Origin: Anaerolineales bacterium
Lineage (GTDB): Bacteria > Chloroflexota > Anaerolineae > Anaerolineales > UBA11858
Length of the DNA: 64,000 nt
Direction of reading: 5' to 3'
Assembly (NCBI GenBank): GCA_041686005.1
Contig: JAWLER010000006.1
Location: 17,635-81,634, forward strand
Both the position numbers and the translations under genes were made by a program. Below the pieces are notes generated by a model. That model was not told where the DNA came from. It worked only from the letters and a program-made list of their open reading frames with translations, and searched no databases. Below, one piece after another: positions 1-9,303 of the stretch. Each line of letters opens with the position of its first letter. Position 1 is the first letter of the stretch.

Positions 1-734
1 GGCCGGATCATCCTTTACTGCAGCGCCTTTTGCGGGAGGTCCCGGGGACATACCAGCACACGCTTCAGGTGGCAAATCTGGCGGAACAGGCGGCCGAACA
101 AATTAATGCGGAAAGCTTCCTGACCCGCGTGGGCGCTCTTTATCATGATATTGGGAAGATGAAATCTCCCAAGTTCTTCGTTGAGAATCAGGCCGGAAAG
201 GATCTGGATACGCACGATGAGATGGATCCCGAACGGAGCGCTTCCCAAATCATCGAACATGTCACATATGGTCTGGAACTGGCGCGAAAATATAACCTAC
301 CGAAACGCATCCGGGATTTCATCCCCGAACATCATGGGACACTGGTTGCCAGTTATCAATACTCGCAAGCGGTCCAAGAGGCGGGCGGAGATGAATCGAA
401 GGTGGACATCTCTCAATTTCGTTATCCGGGCCCTAAACCACAATCCGCAGAGACTGCGTTGGTGATGTTAGCTGATGGCTGTGAGGCGTACGCCCGGTCG
501 AAGAACCCGGATGAGGAAGAGGAGCTCCGGGCGTTGGTCAAGGAGATGGTCGATAAGCGCGTCAAATCAGGCCAACTGGATGACACCCCGCTTACCCTTC
601 GCGATTTGAGCACCATCGTTGACTCATTTGTGGCTACCATGAAAGGGACCTATCACCCCCGCGTTGATTACCCGGAAGAGGAGGAAGAGCCGTCAGCAGA
701 GGAAGAATCCGCGGGCGTAAGGGAGGGGGAATAA
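1..734 (+). CDS. HD-domain phosphohydrolase, PgpH/YqfF-like C-terminal part (5' end lies outside the window)
   Basis: The frame is open from the window edge (..PDHPLLQRLLREVPGTYQH..). HD-superfamily motifs LYHDIGK and EHHGT are present. It lies directly upstream of ybeY-dgkA, as in the conserved pgpH-ybeY-dgkA cluster. Confidence 0.75.
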   Translation, partial: PDHPLLQRLLREVPGTYQHTLQVANLAEQAAEQINAESFLTRVGALYHDIGKMKSPKFFVENQAGKDLDTHDEMDPERSASQIIEHVTYGLELARKYNLPKRIRDFIPEHHGTLVASYQYSQAVQEAGGDESKVDISQFRYPGPKPQSAETALVMLADGCEAYARSKNPDEEEELRALVKEMVDKRVKSGQLDDTPLTLRDLSTIVDSFVATMKGTYHPRVDYPEEEEEPSAEEESAGVREGE

Positions 735-755
735 GATCGGCGCGGTTATGAAAAG

Positions 756-1214
756 GTGGTTATGATCATCATTGATCCCGCAGATGCATTTAAAGATAAA
801 ATTGAAGACGAGCTCCTCAGGAAAGCGGCTTCCAGGACCCTTGAAGAATGTCTGGACGAGGAAGTTTCGCTGACCATCGTCGTCACCGGGGATGAAGGGA
901 TCAAGTCTCTCAATAAACGGCACCGCGGGGTAGAGGAAGCGACGGATGTGCTCGCTTTCACTGCCGATTACATGGATCCTGATCTGGGGCACAGGTACCT
1001 GGGGGATGTTTTGATTTCCTTTCCCACAGCCGCGTCCCAGGCTCTGGAGCGCGGTCACAGCGTGGGGGAGGAATTGCAATTGCTGGCCGTCCACGGGGTA
1101 TTACACCTTCTGGGGTATGACCATCTTAAAAAGGGGGAACAAGAGGAAATGTGGTCCCTGCAAAAGCAAATTCTAAAAGACCTGGGACTCGATCTGGACG
1201 TGAGGGAGTGGTAG
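756..1214 (+). CDS. ybeY: rRNA maturation endoribonuclease YbeY
   Basis: 152 aa with the zinc-binding motif HGVLHLLGYDH near the C-terminus. Size and operon context are typical. Confidence 0.9.
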   Translation: MVMIIIDPADAFKDKIEDELLRKAASRTLEECLDEEVSLTIVVTGDEGIKSLNKRHRGVEEATDVLAFTADYMDPDLGHRYLGDVLISFPTAASQALERGHSVGEELQLLAVHGVLHLLGYDHLKKGEQEEMWSLQKQILKDLGLDLDVREW

Positions 1215-1221
1215 CGGAAGC

Positions 1222-1611
1222 ATGTTTTCATTTCTGAAGTCCCGCTGGGAATCGATCAAAATAGCCTTTGCAGGGCTGCTGTTTGTGATTCGCACCCAGA
1301 AAAATGCCTGGGTCCACCTCAGCATCACCGCGCTCGTCATCTTTGGGGGTGTGTTGGTGAGTTTGAGCCGCCTGGAATGGGTTGCGGTGGTGATCACGTT
1401 GGGGATGGTTTGGGCCGCGGAAACTTTCAATACGGCGATGGAGGTCCTGATCGATTATGTGAGCCCGGAGCAGCGCCCTGTAGCGAAAACCTGTAAAGAC
1501 ATCAGCGCTGCGGGGGTGCTGATCGCTGCCTTGATGTCCATCCTGGTCGGGGTGTTGGTTTTTGGACCCCGTCTATGGGGGTGGCTTTGGGCTTTGACAG
1601 GTTGGGAATGA
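1222..1611 (+). CDS. dgkA: diacylglycerol/undecaprenol kinase (prokaryotic DAGK family)
   Basis: 129 aa with three hydrophobic helices and an AAETFNTAMEVLID-type motif. It follows ybeY. Confidence 0.85.
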   Translation: MFSFLKSRWESIKIAFAGLLFVIRTQKNAWVHLSITALVIFGGVLVSLSRLEWVAVVITLGMVWAAETFNTAMEVLIDYVSPEQRPVAKTCKDISAAGVLIAALMSILVGVLVFGPRLWGWLWALTGWE

Positions 1612-1632
1612 TCCGTCGAGTCGTGAGGAGGT

Positions 1633-2499
1633 ATGGTGAGTACGAGTTCATTTCGATTTGGAACGGTTGGAACACCGCTCTCTAAACCCAAAAGCCCGGG
1701 GGGGACCGTTGGGGGGGTGATCCACATCCGGGAGTTAGGGTTGGATGCCATGGAGATTGGCTGGGTCCGGTCGGTCCGTGTGTCGGACAAGACATGTGCG
1801 GAAATCAAAGCCGCAGCTGAGGAGCATGATGTCCATCTAAGTGTGCACGCCCCGTATTACATCAATCTCAACGCCGATGAAGAGGAGTGGCCCAAATCAC
1901 GGGAGCGTTTGATGGACGCCGCCAGGGCCGGGTTTAAGTCAGGGGCGACGGACATCATCTTTCATCCCGGAACATATTTTGACCGACCCCCGGAAGAGGT
2001 TCTGAAGCTGGTCATCCCGCGATTGGAAGGCTGCCTTGAGGAGTTAGGCGAGGAGGGGGTTTCGGTCATCTTGCGGCCGGAGACCATGGGCAAAGGGGCC
2101 ATGTTGGGATCCCTGGAAGACACATTGGAGATGAGCCGACTGCCGGGCGTGGAACCTTGCCTTGACTTCGCTCATCTTCACGCTCGACCCGGTGATGGGA
2201 GCATGAATTCATATGATGAATGGATGGATGCGTTGGAACACTACGAGGGGGTGTTGGGTTCGGATGCTTTGGCCCGCATTCATTGTCATGTTTCGGGTAT
2301 TGACTATACCGAAAAAGGGGAGCAAAACCACCTCAACTTTGAGGAAGCGGATCTTGATTTGGAAGCGCTGCTGCGCGCTTTACAGGCTGCGGGAGCGAAA
2401 GGCCGGCTGTTGTGTGAAAGCCCCATCCTGGAGGAAGATGCCCTGGTGATGAGGGATCGCTGGTTTGAAATCAGCGGGGAAAACCGGGGGGAGGACTGA
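1633..2499 (+). CDS. AP endonuclease family 2 / xylose-isomerase-like TIM-barrel protein (endonuclease IV-like)
   Basis: 288 aa. The spacing of metal-ligand motifs (VHAPYYINL, IFHPG, LRPET, DFAHLHAR, HCHVSG) resembles Nfo-type TIM barrels. The exact activity is not assignable. Confidence 0.55.
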   Translation: MVSTSSFRFGTVGTPLSKPKSPGGTVGGVIHIRELGLDAMEIGWVRSVRVSDKTCAEIKAAAEEHDVHLSVHAPYYINLNADEEEWPKSRERLMDAARAGFKSGATDIIFHPGTYFDRPPEEVLKLVIPRLEGCLEELGEEGVSVILRPETMGKGAMLGSLEDTLEMSRLPGVEPCLDFAHLHARPGDGSMNSYDEWMDALEHYEGVLGSDALARIHCHVSGIDYTEKGEQNHLNFEEADLDLEALLRALQAAGAKGRLLCESPILEEDALVMRDRWFEISGENRGED

Positions 2500-2504
2500 G
2501 AGCG

Positions 2505-3137
2505 GTGTCTTTGGGGATAGACCGGATGAGTGAAAGAACCTATGGTTCCCTCGCTGAGGTTCATGAGGAGATGGACCGCTGCCGTTTGTGTCTGGAAGAG
2601 GGGTATGAAATCTATCCCCCTGCTGTGTATGCGGGGGTCCCGGACGCCGAGATGATGATCATCGGGCAGGCTCCAGGGGTCACGGAAAGGGAAGCGGGGC
2701 GACCTTTTAACGCAGGAAGCGGGACGAGGTTATTCCGCTGGTTAGAGGGAGCCGGCATTGAGGAAATATGGTTCCGGGCGACGCAGTACATGACCTCCGT
2801 CACCAAGTGTTACCCCGGCCGTCAGAACACGGGGAGCGGAGATCGGGTGCCAACGAAGGCGGAGCGGATCTTATGTCGCCCTTACCTGGCGCATGAGATC
2901 CAGTTCGTCGATCCCCGGGTGATCATCCCGGTGGGGCGGGTGGCGATCAACTTGTATTTCCCCACCACACGCAACCTGACTGAAATCGTGGGCAGAGAGA
3001 AGGAAGTGGATGGACGGTGGGTTATCCCCCTCCCGCATTCATCGGGCGCCAGCCGCTGGCATCAACAATCGTCCAACCGGGTCTTGATTGACCAGGCTGT
3101 GAAGTTGATTAAAAAACATAAGGATCGTCTTTTCTAA
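2505..3137 (+). CDS. uracil-DNA glycosylase superfamily protein (family 4/5-like)
   Basis: 210 aa with IIGQAPG motif A, an N-terminal CRLC and a C-terminal HSSGAS (HPS-like) motif B. The start is GTG. Confidence 0.7.
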   Translation: MSLGIDRMSERTYGSLAEVHEEMDRCRLCLEEGYEIYPPAVYAGVPDAEMMIIGQAPGVTEREAGRPFNAGSGTRLFRWLEGAGIEEIWFRATQYMTSVTKCYPGRQNTGSGDRVPTKAERILCRPYLAHEIQFVDPRVIIPVGRVAINLYFPTTRNLTEIVGREKEVDGRWVIPLPHSSGASRWHQQSSNRVLIDQAVKLIKKHKDRLF

Positions 3138-3157
3138 GGGAGCATGAGGTTGACAGT

Positions 3158-3192
3158 CAAAACCAGGTCCTGAGTGTAGGACCTGGTTTTTG
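3158..3192. terminator. bidirectional intrinsic terminator between convergent genes
   Basis: AAAACCAGGTCC-tgagtgt-AGGACCTGGTTTTT is a perfect GC-rich stem flanked by an A-run and a T-run. Confidence 0.6.
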
Positions 3193-3241
3193 TGTTCTCC
3201 GTGATGGTTTGTTGGCGCAGCAGGGGGATCGATCACTGTGA

Positions 3242-4009
3242 TTACGGGACAGGCTCCTGGACAAAGTTGATGATGATCAGGTTCCGGTCGCAGGAGTCGT
3301 AGGTGTCGAAATAAATTTTATCGGAGAGGGCTAAATCGTTGGTTTGTTCGAATAATTGGATGTACAGTGCCCCCTGCGAGGCGATAGGGGCATCAGCGAG
3401 CTCCACTTCGTATGCGCCTTCGCCATAATCTTCAACATACTCTTCCACCAAGCCGGTAAAGATGAAGCGGTTGATTTCTTCCCCGCCAAGGGTTCCTTTG
3501 ACGGATACCAGGATGTCGTCGAGGGGGTTCCCTTCCTCATCGAAAACTTGACCAGCGACCCCAAGCCATTGGCAGCCTGACTCTTCGTGGGCAAAGTTCT
3601 CCATGTATTTCGGCGAATCCACCTGAAGGACGAAGGACTTATCCGAAGACGCCTGGGCTGTGGGGGTAGGGGAGGGTTCAATCGTGGGGGGAAGGGGGGT
3701 GTCAGTAGGCCCAGGTGTTTCTGTAGGGGGGAGCGTTGGAGATAAAGTGGGCGTCCATGTGGGGGGCAGCACCTCTTTTGGGGTAGGGCTGGCGGTAAAG
3801 GTTGGGACCAGAGCGGGCATGGTGGTGGGGGGAAGCGGGTTCAAACCGCTTTGGGGGTTGAAAAAAATCATCAAGAAGACCAGTCCGACAACGACTGTCC
3901 CTACCAACAACAATCCGGTGAGGATATTCCATATCAGGGCTGATGATATTTTTAGGGATGGGGAGGTCTGTTCCTCTTCCTCAATAAAATCTTGGGAGTC
4001 TATGGTCAT
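3242..4009 (-). CDS. hypothetical membrane-anchored exoprotein with a Pro/Thr-rich linker
   Basis: 255 aa: an N-terminal TM helix (LIWNILTGLLLVGTVVVGLVFLMIFF), then a PT-rich linker, then a roughly 130-aa globular C-domain. No family recognised. Confidence 0.55.
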   Translation of the reverse strand: MTIDSQDFIEEEEQTSPSLKISSALIWNILTGLLLVGTVVVGLVFLMIFFNPQSGLNPLPPTTMPALVPTFTASPTPKEVLPPTWTPTLSPTLPPTETPGPTDTPLPPTIEPSPTPTAQASSDKSFVLQVDSPKYMENFAHEESGCQWLGVAGQVFDEEGNPLDDILVSVKGTLGGEEINRFIFTGLVEEYVEDYGEGAYEVELADAPIASQGALYIQLFEQTNDLALSDKIYFDTYDSCDRNLIIINFVQEPVP

Positions 4010-4026
4010 GTGATCGCTCCTGATGT

Positions 4027-4911
4027 CTATTCTTGAGGGATGTTAATGGATATTTTACTAAGGTTCCAGTGACGTTCAAGCCAGTCATGCAAGGCTTGTT
4101 TTTGCAAAACCCGCCGCACATCAGGGTCCAGCGGGCGGTCATCATCCCTGTCGATGATTTTGATGATATGGTACCCAATGTCTGTTTCTATGATATCACT
4201 GATTTGACCTGGTTCGAGGTTGAACAAAATCTCGTCCAAGGTTGGTATCGTCAAATACCCGCGGGGAAACCAGCCCAGATTCCCCAGGGTTTGGGGGTCA
4301 TACTGCTCTGCCAATCGTGCAAAGTCCGTGCCAGTTTCCAGCTCTTCCCGGACCATTTCCGCCTGATTTTTTTCGTATAGCAATATCTGCTGGGCGTGGA
4401 TCTGTTCCATTTCTTCCGGTACCTGCTGGATGATCCTGTCCCTCATCCAGGCTGCAGCGAGGGATCTTTCCAGGCTTTTTTGAAAGCTTTCTTCCGTGTA
4501 TCCATATTGCGCGAGCCATTCCTCCAGGGGTTGCTCCTCAGAATCCAGCTCCGCTATCCGTGCTTGCAGTGTTTCTTGGCTGATTTGGTATCCCTGGGAT
4601 TGTGCGCTTTGTTCAAGAAGCACGAGGTGGATCATGTCACGGATCACAAAGTTCCTGTCTGCTGACGTCAGCTCTCTTTCCACAGCAGCTTTGTAACGGG
4701 CCAGCTCGGATTGGTATTCAGCCATTGTGATCCATTCCCCATTCACTTCCGCTGCGATGGGTATGGGGGTGGGGGAAGGGGGAAAAGGGGTCCTGGTGGG
4801 AGGGATGGATGTGGGCGTCACCTCGGGGGTGACGGTTTCCCCGCTGACGCCGCAGGCGGAAAACAAAAGGGTGATGATCAGGATCAAGGTCAGATGGGTT
4901 AATTTCTTCAT
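4027..4911 (-). CDS. parvulin-type peptidyl-prolyl isomerase lipoprotein (PrsA/SurA-like)
   Basis: Lipobox LLFSAC-G, a PT linker, and a C-terminal rotamase motif (GNLGWFPRGYL ... GQISDIIETDIGYHIIKI). Confidence 0.8.
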   Translation of the reverse strand: MKKLTHLTLILIITLLFSACGVSGETVTPEVTPTSIPPTRTPFPPSPTPIPIAAEVNGEWITMAEYQSELARYKAAVERELTSADRNFVIRDMIHLVLLEQSAQSQGYQISQETLQARIAELDSEEQPLEEWLAQYGYTEESFQKSLERSLAAAWMRDRIIQQVPEEMEQIHAQQILLYEKNQAEMVREELETGTDFARLAEQYDPQTLGNLGWFPRGYLTIPTLDEILFNLEPGQISDIIETDIGYHIIKIIDRDDDRPLDPDVRRVLQKQALHDWLERHWNLSKISINIPQE

Positions 4912-5150
4912 ACTTTTCGGACTTCAATCAATGTTTCGTAAAAAACCGGTGCTTGACAAACCTTCCCCATTATAACCGATCTGATCCCTTCCAGCGGGAT
5001 CAGGGAGGGTACTTCCTGAGAGATGGATCGGCGTCTGGTGTGGGGGGCGATCTTTTTTCCGCCTTTTCCCTGTTCCCCAAAAAGCCCCTCAAAAGATCCT
5101 TGACCTCCCTTTGGCATACGAGCAGGGCTACGCCTGAGAAAAGAGGGACC

Positions 5151-5179
5151 TTGACAATACCCATATTTTGTCCATAATA
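5151..5179 (+). promoter_or_regulatory. sigma70-type promoter for the pheST leader
   Basis: TTGACA (5151-5156), a 16-17 nt spacer, then CATAAT/ATAATA (5173-5179). Confidence 0.5.
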
Positions 5180-5185
5180 GGGAGT

Positions 5186-5490
5186 AATAGATAAGAAGAA
5201 AGCGTAGAAGGAGAAAAGTAAGCTGGAAGGTCGCTGACAGGGAGGTTGGAGCAGGGACTGAGACTCCAACTCAGAAGGACAACCAGCCCAAGTTCCCTCC
5301 GGAGCGCTTGGCGGAACCGGATTTTGAACTGCATCCGAAGTAAGCTGAGCCGCAACCCCTGCGTTATCGGGGGGCGAATGGTCAGTGATATCCCCGATCC
5401 TTCGCATCAAGTGAGCCGTCCAATTGGCTAATTGGGGTGGTACCGCGGGTTTCTACCCGTCCCTGCATGGGACGGGTTTTTCGTTTTTGA
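5186..5490 (+). promoter_or_regulatory. T-box riboswitch leader (tRNA-Phe-responsive) with intrinsic terminator
   Basis: Canonical T-box sequence AATTGGGGTGGTACCGCG at 5430-5447. It is followed by the hairpin ACCCGTCCC-tgcat-GGGACGGGT (5455-5477) and TTTTCGTTTTT. A Stem-I-like helix spans 5201-5309 with AGTA at 5217-5220 and TTC (Phe) at 5293-5295 on the 3' side of the internal loop. It lies directly upstream of pheS. Confidence 0.8.
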
Positions 5491-5532
5491 GGGATGTGAG
5501 CGTCATACGTTGGCTGGGAAGAGGGAGGGAGC

Positions 5533-6594
5533 ATGAAGGAAGAGTTGCAACACATCAAAGAGGAAGCGCTCCAAGCTTTGGGAGAGGTCGAGGATCAGGC
5601 AAGTTTGGAAGCGTGGCAGGTCAGCTATTTGGGGCGGAATTCTCCCTTGATGAACGTGTTCAAGAATGTGGGTGATTTGCCGGAAGAGGAACGACCTCTG
5701 GTCGGCCGCCAGGCAAATGAGGTCAAAGTTGCCCTGGAAAAGGCGCTGGAGGAGAAGGAAGAAGCACTCCACCAAGCCCAAATCCAACGCTCACTCCGGG
5801 AAGAACACATCGATGTCACCTTGCCGGGGCGCCCTAAGATCGCCGGCAACCTCCATCCCACCACCCAAACCATGCGCGAGGTGTATCGCGTTTTTAGGGA
5901 TATGGGCTTCCAGATTTACCGTTCCCGCGAGGTGGAGACGGATGAATACAACTTCCAGATGCTGAATTTCCCGCCCCACCATCCTGCGCGGGAGATGCAG
6001 GACACATTCTTCATCACCAGCGAGGAGGACCGGGGAGAGAACCCGCTTCTCCTTCGCACCCAAACCTCTCCCGGTCAGATCCATGCCATGCGGGAGTACT
6101 CAAGCGCCAACCCCGAGAACCCACCTCCAATGCGGATCATCGTCCCCGGTATGTGTTACCGTTACGAGCAGATATCCGCCCGTTACGAAATCCAATTCAA
6201 CCAGGTGGAGGGGCTGGCGGTGGGGGAGAGGATCACGTTCGGGGATCTGAAGGGGACGCTGAATGATTTTGCCCTACGCTTATTTGGCCAGGAGGTCGGG
6301 ACCCGCTTCCGAGCTTCCCATTTCCCCTTCACGGAACCCAGCGCGGAATTGGACATCGAATGCTTCCTTTGTGACGGGGAAGGCTGCTCGGTCTGCAAAG
6401 GCACAGGATGGTTGGAGATCCTGGGCTGCGGCATGGTGCACCCCACAGTGCTTGAAAATGGGGGCTATGATCCGGAAAAGTACACCGGTTTCGCGTTCGG
6501 CATGGGACCGGAGCGAATCACCATGCTCCGCCACCGCATTGAGGACATCCGCTACTTTTGGGCCAACGATCTCCGCTTTTTGGAGCAATTTTAG
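5533..6594 (+). CDS. pheS: phenylalanine--tRNA ligase alpha subunit
   Basis: 353 aa with an N-terminal coiled coil and class II core motifs (HPAREMQDTFF, RTQTSPGQIH, FRASHFPFTEPS, GCGMVHP, AFGMGPERI). Confidence 0.97.
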   Translation: MKEELQHIKEEALQALGEVEDQASLEAWQVSYLGRNSPLMNVFKNVGDLPEEERPLVGRQANEVKVALEKALEEKEEALHQAQIQRSLREEHIDVTLPGRPKIAGNLHPTTQTMREVYRVFRDMGFQIYRSREVETDEYNFQMLNFPPHHPAREMQDTFFITSEEDRGENPLLLRTQTSPGQIHAMREYSSANPENPPPMRIIVPGMCYRYEQISARYEIQFNQVEGLAVGERITFGDLKGTLNDFALRLFGQEVGTRFRASHFPFTEPSAELDIECFLCDGEGCSVCKGTGWLEILGCGMVHPTVLENGGYDPEKYTGFAFGMGPERITMLRHRIEDIRYFWANDLRFLEQF

Positions 6595-6674
6595 GGGTGG
6601 GTGCCGCGGATGCCGATCTCGATGAGCGGCGGATGGCAGGTCCATGATCATTATACATAGACTAGGAAATCGAC

Positions 6675-9224
6675 ATGAAAGTCCCAATAACTTGGCTTGA
6701 AGAATACGTGGATATCGACATGGCGATCCCTGAATTAGCGCATCGCCTGACCTTGGCCGGCTTGGAAGTGGAGGAGATCCGCTATGTGGGGTTGCCCATG
6801 CCGGAAGATGGGGGTGACAAGAGGCTGGATACGAAGATCAGTGGCTTTTCCTGGGATCCCGAGAAGATCGTCGTCGGGGCGGTCAAGGAAGTCATGCCCC
6901 ATCCCAATGCAGACCGCCTGGTGTTGTGCAGCCTGGATGATGGCGAGCAGGAGCACACCGTCCTCACCGGCGCGCCGAACCTTTTCCCTTACCTGGAGGA
7001 GGGCGAGTTGGACCCTCCCCTCAAAGTGGCCTATGCCCGGGAGGGTGCGACCATCGTCGATGCTTACAGCGAGAGCAAAGAGACGGAATACACCACCATT
7101 CAACGGAAGAAAATCCGGGGCGTGGAATCCTATTCCATGGCGTGCTCTGAGCGAGAATTGGGGATTTCGGACGAGCACGAAGGGGTGATCATCCTCGATG
7201 AGGACGCCCCTACGGGTATGCCTCTGGTGGAGTATATGGGGGATGCGGTGCTGGATATCGCCATCACCCCCAACATAGCCCGGGCAGCCAGCATCCTGGG
7301 TGTGGCCCGGGAGGTGGCAGCCATCACCGATGCGGAGTTGAAGCCGCCTTCCCTGGATGTCAAAGCGGAGGGCTCACCGATCGAGGGGCAGGTGAGGATC
7401 GAGATCACAGATCCCGAGCTCAATCCACGCTTCGTGTTGGGTTTGATCGAAAACGTAGATCAAGTCCCCAGCCCATATTGGGTGCAGCGGCGATTGCGAT
7501 TGGCGGGTATTCGGCCCATCGACAGCGTGGTGGACGCCACCAATTACACTATGCTGGAGATCGGTGAACCCTTACACGCTTTCGACTTTGACGTGCTCAA
7601 AGAACGAGCAGAAGGGGGGACGCCCACCATCATCACCCGCACCGCAAAGCCAGGGGAAACGCTGACCACCTTGGACGATGTGGAGCGCGAGTTGGATGAA
7701 TTTACAGAGTTGGTGACAGACACTGCAGGTGCCCTCTCCATCGCCGGGGTGATGGGGGGAGCGGAATCCGAGGTGGGGGAGGGGACGAAGCATGTCCTTC
7801 TGGAGGGGGCAGCCTGGAACTTCATCAACATCCATAAGACGGTCAATTCCCAGAATCTGTCCTCTGAAGCCTCGTACCGATTCGAACGGGGCGTTCACCC
7901 TGACTTGGCTTCGCAGGGCGTGCTGCGCTGTTTGGAGTGGATGCGGAAGTGGGCCGGAGGTACGGTAGCGGAGGGATTAGTGGACGAGTACCCCCTTCCC
8001 CCTCAAGATCCCGTCGTGGACCTGCTCCCCGAAGAGGTGGAGCGCTGGCTGGGGGTGGAACTCAGCCTGGCGGAAATCCAGGACCTCTTGGAGCGTTTGG
8101 CGTTCGAAGTGGAGGTTGAAGAGGGGGAGATCAGGGCGAAGACGCCGCCGCACCGCTTGGATATCGGGGAAGGGATCGTGGGCAGGGCGGACCTTTTAGA
8201 AGAAATCGCCCGGGTCTATGGATATGACAGGATTCCGGAGACCCGTTTGGCCGATGCCTTGCCCCCTCAACGAGGGAATGTGGAGCTTGATGTGGAAGAG
8301 CGGATCCGCGATATCTTGGCCGGGTTGGGCTTGCGGGAAGTGGTGACCTACCGGATTACCTCCCCGGCAGCGGAAGCGCGACGTTATCCTCCGGGTGCCC
8401 AACCTGAGGATGACCCTTATGTAACTTTAGAAAATCCCATCACCACTGATCGAACGGTGATGCGCAAAAGCCTGCTGGCAAGCGTCCTGGAAATCATGGA
8501 AAATAATTACCGGGTCCGGAAACGGATGGCCCTCTTTGAAATCGGCCCTGAATTTTACCCATCCGGAGATGAGGATGCGCTGCCAGAGGAGGTCAACCGT
8601 TTGGTGATCACCCTCACCGGGCCGCGGACGCCCCAAGCCTGGCAGGGGTCTGATACGGGGGAGATGGATTTTTATGATCTGAAAGGGATCATCGAAGCCC
8701 TGTTCCGGCGTTTGCACATTGAGGGAGTGAGAGTAGAAGAAGGAGCAGGCGTATCCTATCACCCGGGGAAATGCGCCCGCGTGCTCATTAGGGAGGAGGA
8801 AGTGGGCCTATTCGGTGAAATCCATCCTCAGGTGCGCGATCACTATGAATTTCCGGAAACGCCCGTGGTGGCCGCGGAATTTTCCGTGGAGAAGATCATT
8901 GATCAGGTCTCCAAACTGTATGATGTGGCATCCATCCCCGAACAGCCCCCCGTTTTGGAGGACCTCGCCGTTGTCGTCGAGGAAAGCGTCCCTGCCATAG
9001 CGGTTGCCGATCTCATCCGCCACACAGCCGGGGATATCCTGGCTGACGTGCGCTTGTTCGATGTCTACCGCGGGGATCAAATTGAGGAGGGTAAGAAAAG
9101 CTTGGCATACAACCTGGTCTATCAGCACCCGGAGCGCACCCTGACCGATGAAGAGGTCAGGAAAGTGCGGGAGAGCATTCTCTACCGCTTAGAAAGGGAG
9201 CTGGACGCACACCTGCGGGCTTAA
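6675..9224 (+). CDS. pheT: phenylalanine--tRNA ligase beta subunit
   Basis: 849 aa. It begins MKVPITWLEEYVD (typical PheT N-terminus) and has tRNA-binding, B3/4, B5 and C-terminal FDX-ACB-like regions. It follows pheS. Confidence 0.97.
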   Translation: MKVPITWLEEYVDIDMAIPELAHRLTLAGLEVEEIRYVGLPMPEDGGDKRLDTKISGFSWDPEKIVVGAVKEVMPHPNADRLVLCSLDDGEQEHTVLTGAPNLFPYLEEGELDPPLKVAYAREGATIVDAYSESKETEYTTIQRKKIRGVESYSMACSERELGISDEHEGVIILDEDAPTGMPLVEYMGDAVLDIAITPNIARAASILGVAREVAAITDAELKPPSLDVKAEGSPIEGQVRIEITDPELNPRFVLGLIENVDQVPSPYWVQRRLRLAGIRPIDSVVDATNYTMLEIGEPLHAFDFDVLKERAEGGTPTIITRTAKPGETLTTLDDVERELDEFTELVTDTAGALSIAGVMGGAESEVGEGTKHVLLEGAAWNFINIHKTVNSQNLSSEASYRFERGVHPDLASQGVLRCLEWMRKWAGGTVAEGLVDEYPLPPQDPVVDLLPEEVERWLGVELSLAEIQDLLERLAFEVEVEEGEIRAKTPPHRLDIGEGIVGRADLLEEIARVYGYDRIPETRLADALPPQRGNVELDVEERIRDILAGLGLREVVTYRITSPAAEARRYPPGAQPEDDPYVTLENPITTDRTVMRKSLLASVLEIMENNYRVRKRMALFEIGPEFYPSGDEDALPEEVNRLVITLTGPRTPQAWQGSDTGEMDFYDLKGIIEALFRRLHIEGVRVEEGAGVSYHPGKCARVLIREEEVGLFGEIHPQVRDHYEFPETPVVAAEFSVEKIIDQVSKLYDVASIPEQPPVLEDLAVVVEESVPAIAVADLIRHTAGDILADVRLFDVYRGDQIEEGKKSLAYNLVYQHPERTLTDEEVRKVRESILYRLERELDAHLRA

Positions 9225-9246
9225 GTGGATTCGATGATGAAGACAC

Positions 9247-9284
9247 AAGTGGCACTCGCTATGATGCGAGTGCCACTTTTTTTC
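9247..9284 (+). terminator. intrinsic terminator after pheT
   Basis: AAGTGGCACTCGC-tatgat-GCGAGTGCCACTT followed by TTTTTT. Confidence 0.7.
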
Positions 9285-9303
9285 TGAGGCTCAGGGTCAG
9301 AGG

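Noticed and set aside
5000-5431. Small ORFs (136, 75 and 61 aa) in the region between the PPIase gene and pheS.
   Set aside because: The region is explained by a promoter plus a T-box leader RNA. The ORFs have no RBS and have compositionally odd products.
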